A stretch of DNA of 64,000 nt, taken from assembly GCA_020348445.1 (NCBI GenBank), contig CP070751.1, positions 4,000,662 to 4,064,661 of the forward strand. The letters are read 5' to 3'. Each line of letters opens with the position of its first letter. Positions within the stretch are counted from its first letter, which is position 1. The notes below the pieces were generated by a model, which made no database searches, was not told where the DNA came from, and saw nothing but the letters and a program-made list of their open reading frames with translations. This DNA comes from Thermoplasmata archaeon. GTDB lineage: Archaea; Thermoplasmatota; Thermoplasmata; GCA-020350865. The position numbers and the translations under genes are program-made. Of the stretch, positions 1 to 10,365 are shown in pieces.

Positions 1-2
1 AA

Positions 3-134
3 AAACTGCAGACACTTGTAAAAGGAGTATTTGGAATAGAGAAGGTCCTTTTGGAGGAGAAGGATAGCATATTCTTTTATGGAATCACAGAAAACCAAAA
101 GTTGGGTGATCAAGGTCCGAACCCTGGGGGGTAA
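3..134 (+). CDS. 3' end of an unidentified CDS entering from the left edge (KLQTLVKGVFGIEKVLLEEK...PNPGG*)
   Basis: Only frame open from the edge to TAA at 132-134; no recognisable motif. Confidence 0.4.
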   Translation, partial: KLQTLVKGVFGIEKVLLEEKDSIFFYGITENQKLGDQGPNPGG

Positions 135-218
135 AATTGAATCATAAACCACAGTAAACTAAAAATATACCTAGTACATTAAGGGAAAGGACAAATTAAA
201 AGAATCGGAGGATAAAGT

Positions 219-1490
219 ATGGCAGAAAAACCTCATATGAATCTCGTGTTTATAGGACATGTAGATCACGGGAAATCAACGTTAGTTGGAAGAATGCTGT
301 TGGAAACAGGGCATATAGAGCAGCACATAATCGACAAGTTCCGAGAGGAAGCAGAGGCAAAGGGTAAAGGCTCTTTCGAATTCGCATGGGTGATGGACGC
401 TCTTAAGGAGGAGAGAGAGCGAGGATTGACAATAGATGTCGCACATAAGAGATTTGACAGCGACAAGTACTACTTCACGATTATTGATGCTCCCGGTCAT
501 AGAGACTTTGTTAAGAACATGATAACAGGTACAAGCCAGGCAGATGCCGCGGTACTGGTTGTGGCTGCTCCAGAGGGTGTGATGGCCCAGACAAAGGAGC
601 ACGTATTTTTGGCAAGAACACTTGGAGTGGGGCAGCTTATAGTCGCCATAAACAAGATGGACGCAACAAAGCCAGAATATAGCGAGGATAGATACAAAGA
701 AGTAAAGGAAGAGGTAACGAATCTCCTGAAAACCGTGGGCTACAAGATGGAGAACGTACAATTTCTACCTGTTTCTGCATTCAAGGGTGACAACTCTGTA
801 AAATCTTCAGAGAACATGGGCTGGTGGAAGGAGATCACAATGCTACAGGCCCTGGATAATCTTACTGTGCCTGAGAAACCCAGCGGAAAACCTCTGCGCT
901 TACCAGTACAGGATGTTTACACAATAACTGGTGTCGGTACAGTACCGGTGGGAAGGATCGAGACTGGCATTCTTAAACCGGATACCAAAATCGTGTTCAT
1001 GCCCTCGGATAAGGTCGGGGAGGTTAAGACCATCGAGATGCACCATGAACAGATAGCCCAGGCCGAACCCGGCGATAATGTGGGCTTCAACGTCAGAGGT
1101 GTGGCAAGAAACGATATAAGAAGAGGTGATGTCGCAGGTCCAGTGGATGATCCACCTACAGTTGTAAAATCTTTCACAGCTCAGATCATGGTGTTGAACC
1201 ATCCAAGCGTGATCACTGCTGGTTACACCCCAGTCTTTCACTGTCACACTGCCCAGGTGGCTTGTACAGTAGAGGCAATTGAGAAGAAACTGGACCCAAA
1301 AACCGGGGCTGTCAAAGAAGAAAATCCTGATTTCATAAAAACCGGTGACGCAGCAGTAATTAAAGTGAGACCCACAAGGCCCATGGTTATAGAGCGGGCA
1401 AAGGACTTCCCGCAGTTGGGCAGGTTCGCTATCCGAGACATGGGGCAGACCGTGGCTGCTGGAATGTGTGTAGATGTTGAGAAAAAATAA
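219..1490 (+). CDS. tuf: Translation elongation factor 1-alpha (aEF-1a)
   Basis: [27 protein letters not shown] motifs; archaeal-type sequence; GGAGG RBS upstream. Confidence 0.99.
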   Translation: MAEKPHMNLVFIGHVDHGKSTLVGRMLLETGHIEQHIIDKFREEAEAKGKGSFEFAWVMDALKEERERGLTIDVAHKRFDSDKYYFTIIDAPGHRDFVKNMITGTSQADAAVLVVAAPEGVMAQTKEHVFLARTLGVGQLIVAINKMDATKPEYSEDRYKEVKEEVTNLLKTVGYKMENVQFLPVSAFKGDNSVKSSENMGWWKEITMLQALDNLTVPEKPSGKPLRLPVQDVYTITGVGTVPVGRIETGILKPDTKIVFMPSDKVGEVKTIEMHHEQIAQAEPGDNVGFNVRGVARNDIRRGDVAGPVDDPPTVVKSFTAQIMVLNHPSVITAGYTPVFHCHTAQVACTVEAIEKKLDPKTGAVKEENPDFIKTGDAAVIKVRPTRPMVIERAKDFPQLGRFAIRDMGQTVAAGMCVDVEKK

Positions 1491-1510
1491 CCTTTTTTCT
1501 CTTTTTTTTA
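1491..1510 (+). terminator. U-rich archaeal terminator/attenuator between tuf and rps10
   Basis: ccttttttctcttttttttt directly after the tuf stop codon. Confidence 0.5.
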
Positions 1511-1529
1511 TGAATGAGGAACGAGAGAA

Positions 1530-1841
1530 ATGCCACAAAAAGCAAGGATTTCATTGACAGGTACAAATCCAAAGAAAGTAGACAGCGTTTGCGAGCAGAT
1601 AAAGGTCATTTCTCAAAGAGTGGGGGTTGAGATGCGTGGCCCTATTCCACTTCCTACCAAAAAACTCGTTGTCCCAATAAGAAAGAGCCCAGATGGAGAG
1701 GGCACGGAAACATGGGAGCGTTGGGCCATGCACGTTCACAAGAGGTTAATCGACCTTGATGCAGATGAAAGGGCACTTCGACAGCTCATGCGTATCGAGG
1801 TTCCGGACGGAGTAAACATTGAAATCGTTTTACGAGGATAA
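1530..1841 (+). CDS. rps10: 30S ribosomal protein S10 (uS10)
   Basis: [33 protein letters not shown]; follows tuf. Confidence 0.99.
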   Translation: MPQKARISLTGTNPKKVDSVCEQIKVISQRVGVEMRGPIPLPTKKLVVPIRKSPDGEGTETWERWAMHVHKRLIDLDADERALRQLMRIEVPDGVNIEIVLRG

Positions 1842-1858
1842 AAGATATTTTACCTCAC

Positions 1859-3595
1859 CTACTCCTTGCTTCCCCCACCACTCCCTGTCCTCAGGTTTAT
1901 ATCAGATACCTCATGTTCTATGGTTCCTTTATCTATTTTACACATTCTTGGATCGCAGCCTTTGAAGATTCTCTTTCCAATAAAAGTATCTGCCAGTCCG
2001 GATGCCTTTGTCATTGGGTAGAATGCCTTTGGTCCGTGCTTCCAACTATAATACATTATATATGATAAAAGCGTCCCAGTCATGATCCTCCATCTGGCAT
2101 GAGGCAACCAGAAGTCGAAGTTGTATTTGAAACAGGAACCGATAAAATCCCATTGAAGGTCAGTTAGATGGTCCAGGCTTACCCTTCTCGCATCTGAGAG
2201 AAGGCAGTCCTTGAGCGGGACAAATAAGATTGGTGTAATGAACATCTTGTAGCTGGAAAGATCGTCCACGAGTTCCAACGTCGCAATCGTGTCCTCTTCT
2301 GTTTCATCGGGAAGGCCAGTCATGATCGTGGCCAGTGGATACCAGTCGTAATCGTTCATTATTCCCACTGCCTGGGTGACAATACTTGGCCAATCATCGA
2401 TTTTGTAGGGCAGGGCCTTGCCCTTCATGTACCTCTTCATAAGGCGTACGCTGCCAGTTTCAATACCGATCTCCACACTGATGAACTTGTTCCTGTACAT
2501 ACTCTTGAACTCAGGTGTCCATCGTGTCTTTTCCAATAGGATCTGGGACAGCTCCTGCACCATCTGAGGATCGTATACGACAGGTGCCAGTGATGAATGA
2601 GCAGGTTGTATGTATTCCACGCCTGGATAGTTGGCGATGGTGGAGACCATTTTTACGACTTCCTCCCTGTTTGGAATGAATTTACCCTGGGATTTGTACA
2701 GGAAAATATCTTCAGTTGCGAGAAATATCATCTTAGAGCCTGAATCTACATTGACCTTGACCTCTTTCATAATGTGCTCCAAAGGAAACGAGTACTTGTG
2801 GCGCATGGTTGGCGAGCAGAACTGGCACCCCCTCCCACAGCCCCTTGAGATCTCAACTACACCGTATGTTGCGGCGTTTCTTATCAGGGGGATGGAATCA
2901 GGTGCAGGGCGTTTTGGTTTCAATATCTTTGGCAGTTTTTCTCCACTTAGAGCCGAATTAAAAATATCCACCACAGAGTTCTCAGCCTCACCCAAAACCA
3001 AGGTATCGATGCCGTATTCTTCCAATTTATTTGCCTCATCGATTTGCCAGGCTCCTCCACCTCCTACGATGATCTTTGGATTGTACTTTTGAATTGAAGG
3101 GTGATTGACCAATTGTCTGAATTCTACACTGTTTATCGATTCACCGCCGAAGGCTAGAATCGAGGAATAGGTTGTCGTGGCATAGGCAAGGCCCATGGGA
3201 TCCATTGTTGAAATTCCAACTGCTTTGGTCTCGGGCCCAACAAATCTATCCAGATTATCGGGATGGGTTACAACCACATCATTTTCAGAATATTCATTCA
3301 AAAGCAGGGATTCAACCTTTCTTAGGCCATAAGGCACAAAAACGGCACTCTTGTCTCCATTGTCCCTTGGGGTCAAGAATTTCCTTTTTACAACTCTCTT
3401 TAGAAGGAAATTGCTGGGAAATGAGGAAAGGAAGGCAACAAAAGGATCGAGATTGTAATCGGAAATCTCGTTTGGAGGAGAGGTGAGCACTATGGGTACA
3501 CCTCTAAAAGAGCTGTTCTTAAGGTGGCCTTTTGATGTGCTTCCATTCTTAACCATATTCATCCACCTATTGTTCCTTAAATTCCTCTGTTTCAA
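1859..3595 (-). CDS. B12-binding-like domain / radical SAM protein (start may be slightly downstream)
   Basis: CxxxCxxC motif RGCGRGCQFC; N-terminal PYGLRKVE...VGISTMDPMG...IIVGGGGAWQ typical of archaeal B12/radical SAM proteins. Confidence 0.9.
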   Translation of the reverse strand: MKQRNLRNNRWMNMVKNGSTSKGHLKNSSFRGVPIVLTSPPNEISDYNLDPFVAFLSSFPSNFLLKRVVKRKFLTPRDNGDKSAVFVPYGLRKVESLLLNEYSENDVVVTHPDNLDRFVGPETKAVGISTMDPMGLAYATTTYSSILAFGGESINSVEFRQLVNHPSIQKYNPKIIVGGGGAWQIDEANKLEEYGIDTLVLGEAENSVVDIFNSALSGEKLPKILKPKRPAPDSIPLIRNAATYGVVEISRGCGRGCQFCSPTMRHKYSFPLEHIMKEVKVNVDSGSKMIFLATEDIFLYKSQGKFIPNREEVVKMVSTIANYPGVEYIQPAHSSLAPVVYDPQMVQELSQILLEKTRWTPEFKSMYRNKFISVEIGIETGSVRLMKRYMKGKALPYKIDDWPSIVTQAVGIMNDYDWYPLATIMTGLPDETEEDTIATLELVDDLSSYKMFITPILFVPLKDCLLSDARRVSLDHLTDLQWDFIGSCFKYNFDFWLPHARWRIMTGTLLSYIMYYSWKHGPKAFYPMTKASGLADTFIGKRIFKGCDPRMCKIDKGTIEHEVSDINLRTGSGGGSKE

Positions 3596-3792
3596 TTCTC
3601 CCTTATTACTTTCTTGGATATTATTCTAGTACCTTATTTGCTTTCTGGTACCCTCCCTTTTTTTTATCCCCGTTTTTCAAGTTACAACAATAAACAACAA
3701 TAACAATATACATTCATATGTATTATGCATTTGGTACCAAAAAATAATAGATGTTAAATACAATACACTATAAAATCCGAGGTGCTTCACAG

Positions 3793-4437
3793 ATGAAAAA
3801 AAACAGCAGGGTGATTCTGGCTTTGGATGTGCAAGAGGAAGAGAAGGCCCTTTCAGTCTCAGAATCCACAGGTGATACCGTGGATGCAATAAAAATCGGT
3901 TATCCCCTTGTCCTTGCCTGTGGATTGGAAATCGTATCTAAAATATCCAAACTCTCTGAGGTGATATGCGATTTCAAGGTGGCCGATATCCCCAACGTCA
4001 ATAAGTTGATTGTGGAAAATGCCATTAGAAAAGGAGCCTCTGGTGTGATATGTCATGGTTTTGTGGGAAGAGATTCTATCGAGGCCTGTGTGAAGGCAGC
4101 AGGTGGAAAAGATGTCTTCGTGGTTGTTGAAATGAGCCATCCCGGCGGTGTTGAGTTCTATCAACCCACAACTGAAAAGTTTGCAAAGCTCGCTGTTGAA
4201 GCGGGTGCATCAGGAGTCATTGCGCCTGCAACAAGGCCGGAAAGAATCACATACATACGGGGATTGGTTGGGGATTTGAAGATCCTCACTCCAGGTGTTG
4301 GGGCCCAAGGGGGCAATGCACAGCAGGCTATTTCGGCGGGTGCAGATTATGTTATCGTGGGAAGAAGCATATATCAAGCAGATGATCCAAGGATTGTAGC
4401 AGAAGATATAGCAAATGAGATAAAGACAATTACTTAG
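3793..4437 (+). CDS. pyrF: Orotidine 5'-phosphate decarboxylase
   Basis: ILALD, DFKVADIPN, TPGVGAQGG, VIVGRSIY; start reassigned to ATG 3793 (MKKNSRVILALD). Confidence 0.97.
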   Translation: MKKNSRVILALDVQEEEKALSVSESTGDTVDAIKIGYPLVLACGLEIVSKISKLSEVICDFKVADIPNVNKLIVENAIRKGASGVICHGFVGRDSIEACVKAAGGKDVFVVVEMSHPGGVEFYQPTTEKFAKLAVEAGASGVIAPATRPERITYIRGLVGDLKILTPGVGAQGGNAQQAISAGADYVIVGRSIYQADDPRIVAEDIANEIKTIT

Positions 4438-4545
4438 AACCCTGGAAAGTGTATCATAAAAGCGTAGACATCATAGCATGGATGATATGATAAAACATAT
4501 TGGTAAAAGCCTTGGTAAAAGATATACAATCTTTATCACGCATTC

Positions 4546-4552
4546 TTTATAA
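4546..4552 (+). promoter_or_regulatory. TATA box (TTTATAA) about 24 nt upstream of the structured element at 4576; tandem ttggtaaaag at 4500-4509 and 4512-4521
   Basis: Sequence and spacing match archaeal TATA-to-TSS distance. Confidence 0.45.
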
Positions 4553-4575
4553 CCCCTTACATGCATACCCTCTTC

Positions 4576-4678
4576 GAGATGAGGAGAATCGTCTAAAAAA
4601 CACTATAGATGGGGAGAGAAATCTATCTGGAACTTTATTCAATTAAAGTCCCTTTTAGACGGTTGCTCAACTTATCTC
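4576..4678 (+). ncRNA. Candidate structured non-coding RNA (long closing stem plus two internal hairpins)
   Basis: gagatgag/cttatctc (4576-83/4671-78) and gagaatcgtctaaaa/ttttagacggttgctc (4584-98/4653-68) pair, with G-U pairs favouring the + strand; inner hairpins atagat/atctat and ggaacttta/taaagtcc. Confidence 0.45.
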
Positions 4679-4896
4679 ACATGCAGATCATACGAACATA
4701 ACCTTTCATAGGGATGCAACTTTGGGAGGAGATTAATCGAAAGGGGGGGAGAATACTTTCACTCTACTCCTCGTCCAAGGTATATATTGAACTAGTGCAC
4801 ATAACGTTCAAAAGATAGGATGACCTATGAAAATTTCCTGAAAAAAAGGAATATAAGAAACTGGTTAAAAAGGGGGGGAGAGATATCGCTTCAGAT

Positions 4897-7800
4897 TTGA
4901 AAGATGAAGATTTAGAAGGCAAGTGGGAGGAATTCTTCACTGATTCCAGATTGCGGCATCAAATAACCGAGGTCGCGGATTTATATCCAGAGAAAAAAAG
5001 TCTGGAGGTTAACTATTCAGAGATAGAGGCATTTGATTTTGAATTGGCTGAGTACTTTCTCAACAGATCCTTTAAGGCGTCATTCATTGCGAAAGGGGTT
5101 ATCGAAAAGCTCACACCTCCAGAAAAAAAGGTGGCTATTCATCTCAGGGTCAAGAACATCCCCTCTGACTCAAAGATCGAGATAAGGGATTTGAGAAGTA
5201 AACATCTTGGCAAGTTCATTGCCGTGGAGGGATTGGTGAGGAAGGCCACAGAGGTCAGACCCAAGATGGTTGATGCTGTGTTTCAATGCATGCGTTGCGG
5301 GGCAATAATAAAAGAACCACAAGATGGACTTACATTTAAGGATCCCTTGGAATGTTACAAAGAGCAAGGAGGTTGCGTTCGAACCGCTGCTTCAACGAAG
5401 TTCAAGCTCTTAAACGAGCAATCCCAATATGTTGATACACAGAAGATCGAGCTCCAAGAATCCCCAGAGGGACTGAGGGGCGGGGCGCAACCCCAAAGGC
5501 TTGTTGCCTACGCCGAGGATGATTTAACTGGAAAAATCTCCCCTGGAGACAGGATTATCATCAACGGATCTTTGCGGAGCACTCAGAAGAGGACCTATCC
5601 TGTGAAATCCACTCTCTTTGAGATATTTTTGGAGATAAACAGTATAGAACTTGAAGAACACGAATTTGAAGAGGTGCCCATTTCGCCTGAGGACGAAGAG
5701 AAGATCATTGAACTGAGCAAGGATCCTGATATTTACAGGAAGATCACTGCATCCATATCGCCAACTATTTATGGTATGACCATAGAGAAGGAAGCATTGG
5801 CACTGCAGCTTTTTGGAGGGGTGCCCAAGATCATGCCTGATGGAACCCATATCAGAGGTGATATTCATATCTTCCTTGTTGGAGATCCAGGTACCGCTAA
5901 ATCGCAGCTTTTGCGTTATATCTCTGAGCTTGCACCTAGGGGGATTTATGCATCTGGGAAGTCAAGTTCTGCAGCGGGCCTTTGTGTGGCCCCCGATACA
6001 TTGATATCGTTATCCAACGGAGAGTTGGTGGAGATCGGGACATTTGTCGAAGATAAAATGCTATCACCTGAACGAATTAAAGATGGTGTCTGGCGACATG
6101 CTACGAACGGATTCAAGATGAACACAATTAATGGAAATTTTAAATTGGATCAGCAGAGCCTTGAAGCTGTCTGGCGTTTGAAAAGTCCAAGATATCTTTA
6201 CGAGGTTAAGACAAGAACGAATAGGAGGATCGTAATCTCGCCCAATACACCACTTCCTGTAAGGGGCAATGGCTCCGACATCAAATGGGTGAAGGCAATG
6301 GCGCTTAGAACTGATATGTACCTTGCTACTCCAAGAACCTTACCTGAACCCGTGAATCAAATTCCATTTACTATTGAGTTAATTGATGAGGACTGCATTG
6401 TTGTTGGAGCGAGCCAGATTGTAAAGGAAATCATAGAAAACCTAAAGGTAAAGTATGGGACTATTAGGAATATCGCCTCCCACTTTGGGATAAATGAAAA
6501 TAAGTTATATCATCACTGGGTGAGGGAGGATAGAAGAGGGAATCCTACCTTGGAAGAACTGTTAAAAATGGGAAAGGAAATCGGAGTGGAAAAAAGGGAT
6601 ATTGCCCCACATGTTAGATCTCTTTCACAACAGCACGGGCATATAATAACAGTTCCCATAAAACTCACACCTGATTTGCTTTATTTTGCGGGTTTGATAG
6701 CAGGGGACGGGACAATCAGCAGAACTTCCTATGGTGGATTTGCCATCAGATTCAGCAATTCCGATACTCATTTGATGAATAAGTACGTGAACCTGTGTAA
6801 GGAACTGTTTGGAATTGCACCTAGTATCACTAAAAAGGACAAACTGCGCCCACAGGATGCACGCTTTCACTCGAAAATCGTGGCTCAGATACTCAATAAA
6901 CTTGGCATTCCCCAGTCCCCAAAATCCAATCGAATCGATGTCAGTTCTGTAATCCAAAGGTTGCCAAACCAACTTCTTGCATCGTATTTGAGAGGGCTTT
7001 TTGATTGTGATGGTTCATGCAACTATCGAAAAGATGGTGGAGGATCCACAGTTGAGCTGTATACAAGTAGTGAGATATTGGCAAAAAAGGTCCAGATACT
7101 TCTTCTAAGATTTGGTATCATATCAAAAATCAGAAAAAGAGAGAGAAGGGGCAAGGTAACAAAGATGAGGCGAAACCAAAAAGATCATATGATAAAATCC
7201 CAAAATGATATCTATATTCTCACTATTTTCGGAAGTTCGAATCTTAAAACGTTTGAGGAACACATCGGTTTTATCCATCCCAAGAAAAAGAATTCCCTTC
7301 ACCTGGCCCAATTGCAAGCAAGAGATTACCACACCAACTGGGATGTGATTCCTAATGTGGGAGAGATTGTCAAAGAAATGCGTGGAACTTTTGGGTTATC
7401 CCAAACAGATATAGGGATCAAAACTGCCTTTGAGAATGGCAAATTCAATCCCTCCAGGGCCTATATGGAAAAAATTGTGGATAATTTAAAAACCATTATT
7501 GATGATAAAAAATATGAAGGGAGAAAGGTGGTTCTACCTGCACAGTTACATCTTGAGTTGTCCTCGGAACTTAAATCATTATATAGCAATAAAGAGCTCT
7601 CGCATTTATTGGGTATCTCAGAGTATCGATTATACGAATTCCTATATAGAAAAGGTAGAAGCAATAAAATCCCCTTCATCATTTTGGGCAGGATTTGCAT
7701 CATTTTGGCTCAAACAGTAAATAAAGATCTTGCTGAAAGGATCAGAAGGGTTATTGGATTTAAGGAACTTCAAGAAGAAATCGAAAGAGCCAAAGAGAAA

Positions 7801-8970
7801 CTAAAGAGGTTGCAAGATATTGTATCATCTGACATATTCTGGGACGAGATTACCGATATTAAAATAATCCAGGCACCTCCCTACATATATGATTTAACTG
7901 TCCAGAATTCGCATAATTTCGTAGCAAACGGCCTGCTTGCCCATAATACAGCAGCTGCGGTCAAGGATGAATTTGGTGAAGGTAGATGGACCTTGGAAGC
8001 AGGTGCCCTCGTGCTGGCAGATAAAGGCGTTGCTTGTGTGGATGAGCTTGACAAAATGTCGCCTACGGACAGAAGCAGCATGCACGAAGCTATGGAGCAG
8101 CAGAGGATCAGCATAGCCAAGGCAGGGATAACTGCAACACTTCAATCCCGATGTGCTGTACTTGGAGCTGCAAATCCAAAATACGGCAGATTCGACACAA
8201 CCCAATACCTGGCACAGCAGATAAATATCCCTGTTGCCCTGCTTTCAAGATTTGATTTGATATTCACGATCACAGATACACCCGATTCTGAGAAGGATTT
8301 GCTCATCGCCGAACATATTCTCAGAAGCCATACGATAGGTGGTATGCAAAGACATAGGAAGGAGATGGGGGAGAAGGTAGATGAGCAAGAAGAGGAAATT
8401 CCCTCTTATGCAGGGCCCTACCTCGACCGAGATTTTTTTAGAAAGTTCGTGGCATATGCCAAGAGGATATATCCGGTCATGACCAAGGAAGCAAGCACTG
8501 CCTTAAGAGATTATTATACGAGCATAAGAAAACAGGGAGAGCCAGAAGGATCATCTGTGCCAATCACTGCAAGGCAGTTGGAGGCGTTTGTTCGGCTTTC
8601 TGAGGCAAGTGCACGGGTACGACTAAGCGATAAGGTGACAGAGGACGATGCCCAAAGGGCCATCAGGATCGTTGAGTACTACCTTAAAAAGGTGGCAGGC
8701 GAGGAAGGTAGATTCGATATCGATATAATCGAATCAGGAACAAGTCAATCTCAGCGTGAGAGAATCAGAACCATAAGGACCATAATCAAGAACCTCGCTG
8801 AGAGTGGATCCCCTGTGGAGCACGAGGACATCATAGCCGAGGCCGAAGCAGAGGGTATTGAAAGGAGCAAGGCAGAAAGTATAATAAAGCGATTACACTT
8901 TGAGGATGGATATATATATGAAGCAAGGATAGGCTCCAAAAAATACCGGTTGGCCAAGGTTGGGACATGA
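4897..8970 (+). CDS. mcm: Replicative helicase MCM (intein-containing precursor; TTG start)
   Basis: N-terminal Zn finger CMRCG, Walker A GDPGTAKSQ, CVDELDKM, MHEAMEQQ, LLSRFDLIF, ITARQLE, C-terminal wHTH. Confidence 0.98.
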   Translation: MKDEDLEGKWEEFFTDSRLRHQITEVADLYPEKKSLEVNYSEIEAFDFELAEYFLNRSFKASFIAKGVIEKLTPPEKKVAIHLRVKNIPSDSKIEIRDLRSKHLGKFIAVEGLVRKATEVRPKMVDAVFQCMRCGAIIKEPQDGLTFKDPLECYKEQGGCVRTAASTKFKLLNEQSQYVDTQKIELQESPEGLRGGAQPQRLVAYAEDDLTGKISPGDRIIINGSLRSTQKRTYPVKSTLFEIFLEINSIELEEHEFEEVPISPEDEEKIIELSKDPDIYRKITASISPTIYGMTIEKEALALQLFGGVPKIMPDGTHIRGDIHIFLVGDPGTAKSQLLRYISELAPRGIYASGKSSSAAGLCVAPDTLISLSNGELVEIGTFVEDKMLSPERIKDGVWRHATNGFKMNTINGNFKLDQQSLEAVWRLKSPRYLYEVKTRTNRRIVISPNTPLPVRGNGSDIKWVKAMALRTDMYLATPRTLPEPVNQIPFTIELIDEDCIVVGASQIVKEIIENLKVKYGTIRNIASHFGINENKLYHHWVREDRRGNPTLEELLKMGKEIGVEKRDIAPHVRSLSQQHGHIITVPIKLTPDLLYFAGLIAGDGTISRTSYGGFAIRFSNSDTHLMNKYVNLCKELFGIAPSITKKDKLRPQDARFHSKIVAQILNKLGIPQSPKSNRIDVSSVIQRLPNQLLASYLRGLFDCDGSCNYRKDGGGSTVELYTSSEILAKKVQILLLRFGIISKIRKRERRGKVTKMRRNQKDHMIKSQNDIYILTIFGSSNLKTFEEHIGFIHPKKKNSLHLAQLQARDYHTNWDVIPNVGEIVKEMRGTFGLSQTDIGIKTAFENGKFNPSRAYMEKIVDNLKTIIDDKKYEGRKVVLPAQLHLELSSELKSLYSNKELSHLLGISEYRLYEFLYRKGRSNKIPFIILGRICIILAQTVNKDLAERIRRVIGFKELQEEIERAKEKLKRLQDIVSSDIFWDEITDIKIIQAPPYIYDLTVQNSHNFVANGLLAHNTAAAVKDEFGEGRWTLEAGALVLADKGVACVDELDKMSPTDRSSMHEAMEQQRISIAKAGITATLQSRCAVLGAANPKYGRFDTTQYLAQQINIPVALLSRFDLIFTITDTPDSEKDLLIAEHILRSHTIGGMQRHRKEMGEKVDEQEEEIPSYAGPYLDRDFFRKFVAYAKRIYPVMTKEASTALRDYYTSIRKQGEPEGSSVPITARQLEAFVRLSEASARVRLSDKVTEDDAQRAIRIVEYYLKKVAGEEGRFDIDIIESGTSQSQRERIRTIRTIIKNLAESGSPVEHEDIIAEAEAEGIERSKAESIIKRLHFEDGYIYEARIGSKKYRLAKVGT
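5983..7947 (+). mobile_element. Intein (655 aa) with LAGLIDADG homing endonuclease and HTH-like inserts, in MCM
   Basis: Begins with Cys (SSAAGL/CVAPDT), ends HN followed by Thr (LLAHN/TAAAV); block G YDLTVQNSHNFVANG; LAGLIDADG motifs FAGLIAGDG and LRGLFDCDG; removal restores SSAAGL-TAAAVKD. Confidence 0.97.
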
Positions 8971-9263
8971 TTTGGATAAAGGTATATACAACGCAGGGTG
9001 AGACACTTCTTGCTGCGTGTGATGATGAAGTTCTTGGCAAGACCTTTGAGGAAGGAGAGCTTCAGCTCGAGGTATCAAAATCGTTTTATGGCGGGGAGAA
9101 GGTGTCATGCGAGCTATTTGAAGAGCAACTTACAGTGGCCACTATAGTGAATCTCGTGGGAAAAAAGGTGATTGAAATAGCAGTTGGATTGGGAATGGTT
9201 AACGAAAATTGCATAATAGAAATAGATGGTGTGCCCCATGCCCAGATAGCAAAAATGATCTGA
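8967..9263 (+). CDS. DUF424 family protein
   Basis: LLAACD..LGK.F..G.L...V...FYGG and ATIVNLVG...I.G.PHAQ pattern; 4-nt overlap with mcm. Confidence 0.9.
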   Translation: MIWIKVYTTQGETLLAACDDEVLGKTFEEGELQLEVSKSFYGGEKVSCELFEEQLTVATIVNLVGKKVIEIAVGLGMVNENCIIEIDGVPHAQIAKMI

Positions 9264-9273
9264 GGGAAACAGG

Positions 9274-10302
9274 ATGTTTTGTGTTGAGTGCGGAAGAGAG
9301 GGAGAATTGTACGAGGGATTATGTGGCGAATGCTTTTTGGCAAAAAATGTCTTTGTTACCATCCCCGAGAATATCGACGTGGAGATATGTGTTCACTGTG
9401 GTGCAAGGAAGAAGAAAAAAAGATGGATTTTGGCGGACGATGAAGAGTTTATACTTGAGATAATTAAAGAAAATGTAAGCTGCGAAAAAGGTGTAACTGA
9501 TTTTGATGTCCATATCATGTCTAACTTCGAAGATGAAAGAAATGTCGACGTGAGTGTAACAACATTCGCAAAGGTGCATGATCTAAAAGTAAAAGAAGAA
9601 CATGAAACAAAGGTTAGGTTCAAAAAGACTGTATGCTATGAATGTAGCAAGCGGGAGGGGGGATACTGGGAGGCGAAGGTGCAGCTGCGCAGCGGAAAAA
9701 GAGATCTTGACCAAAAGGAGTTGGACAGGGCATTGGAACTTTTGGATCTGATAGTCGGCATGCGAGAGGGAAAGGACAAGGATGCATTTATTTCAAAAGT
9801 AGAAAAAGTACACGGTGGTTTGGACTTCTATCTTGGTTCGAAAAACATGGGGAAAGCCATTGCCAAGAAGCTAGCATCAGAGTTTGGAGGATCGGTTACA
9901 GAATCTCAAAAGCTGGTTGGAAGAAAAGATGGTAAGAACACATATAGGATGACCTATGCCGTGCGCACACTTGATTTTAGGGTAGGAGATTTCATAAAGC
10001 TAAAGAAGAGGTTGTATAGGATGCTTTCTATGTCCTCCAACAAGGTGCTACTTTTGTCCCTGGATAACCGGGAAAATGTTCATTTCAAGCCAGAGGATCT
10101 CGAAGAGGCAAAGCTTCTTGGCGGGGGTGAACTCGTAAGAGAGATGGTGGTTGTCTCTAGATCCGATATGGAAATCCAGGTGCTTGATCCCGATACTCTA
10201 AAGACTGTGGATGTGATTTTGCCTGAGGGCTTTAATGCCGAAGGTGATTCAGTTAAGATCGTTAAATTTGAGGAAGGATATTTTTTAGTAGGAGAGAATT
10301 GA
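9274..10302 (+). CDS. nmd3: NMD3 family ribosome maturation factor
   Basis: N-terminal FCVECG..LCGECF, CVHCG, CYECSK..GYWEAKVQLR, GGLDFYLGS, RMTYAVR; C-terminal OB fold. Confidence 0.92.
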   Translation: MFCVECGREGELYEGLCGECFLAKNVFVTIPENIDVEICVHCGARKKKKRWILADDEEFILEIIKENVSCEKGVTDFDVHIMSNFEDERNVDVSVTTFAKVHDLKVKEEHETKVRFKKTVCYECSKREGGYWEAKVQLRSGKRDLDQKELDRALELLDLIVGMREGKDKDAFISKVEKVHGGLDFYLGSKNMGKAIAKKLASEFGGSVTESQKLVGRKDGKNTYRMTYAVRTLDFRVGDFIKLKKRLYRMLSMSSNKVLLLSLDNRENVHFKPEDLEEAKLLGGGELVREMVVVSRSDMEIQVLDPDTLKTVDVILPEGFNAEGDSVKIVKFEEGYFLVGEN

Positions 10303-10365
10303 GAACCATTGTTCTGATGGAATTTCTATAAACATACCAAAAGGTTTTATATTCTGATTGTTTAT

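Noticed and set aside
4576-4681. H/ACA guide, SRP RNA or RNase P RNA
   Set aside because: ACA follows the stem but there is no bilateral pseudouridylation pocket or clear K-turn; SRP and RNase P signature sequences are absent and the length is too short
4440-4896. Replication origin next to mcm
   Set aside because: G-strings are present but there is no TTCCAGTGGAAA-like ORB core and no orc1/cdc6 in the window
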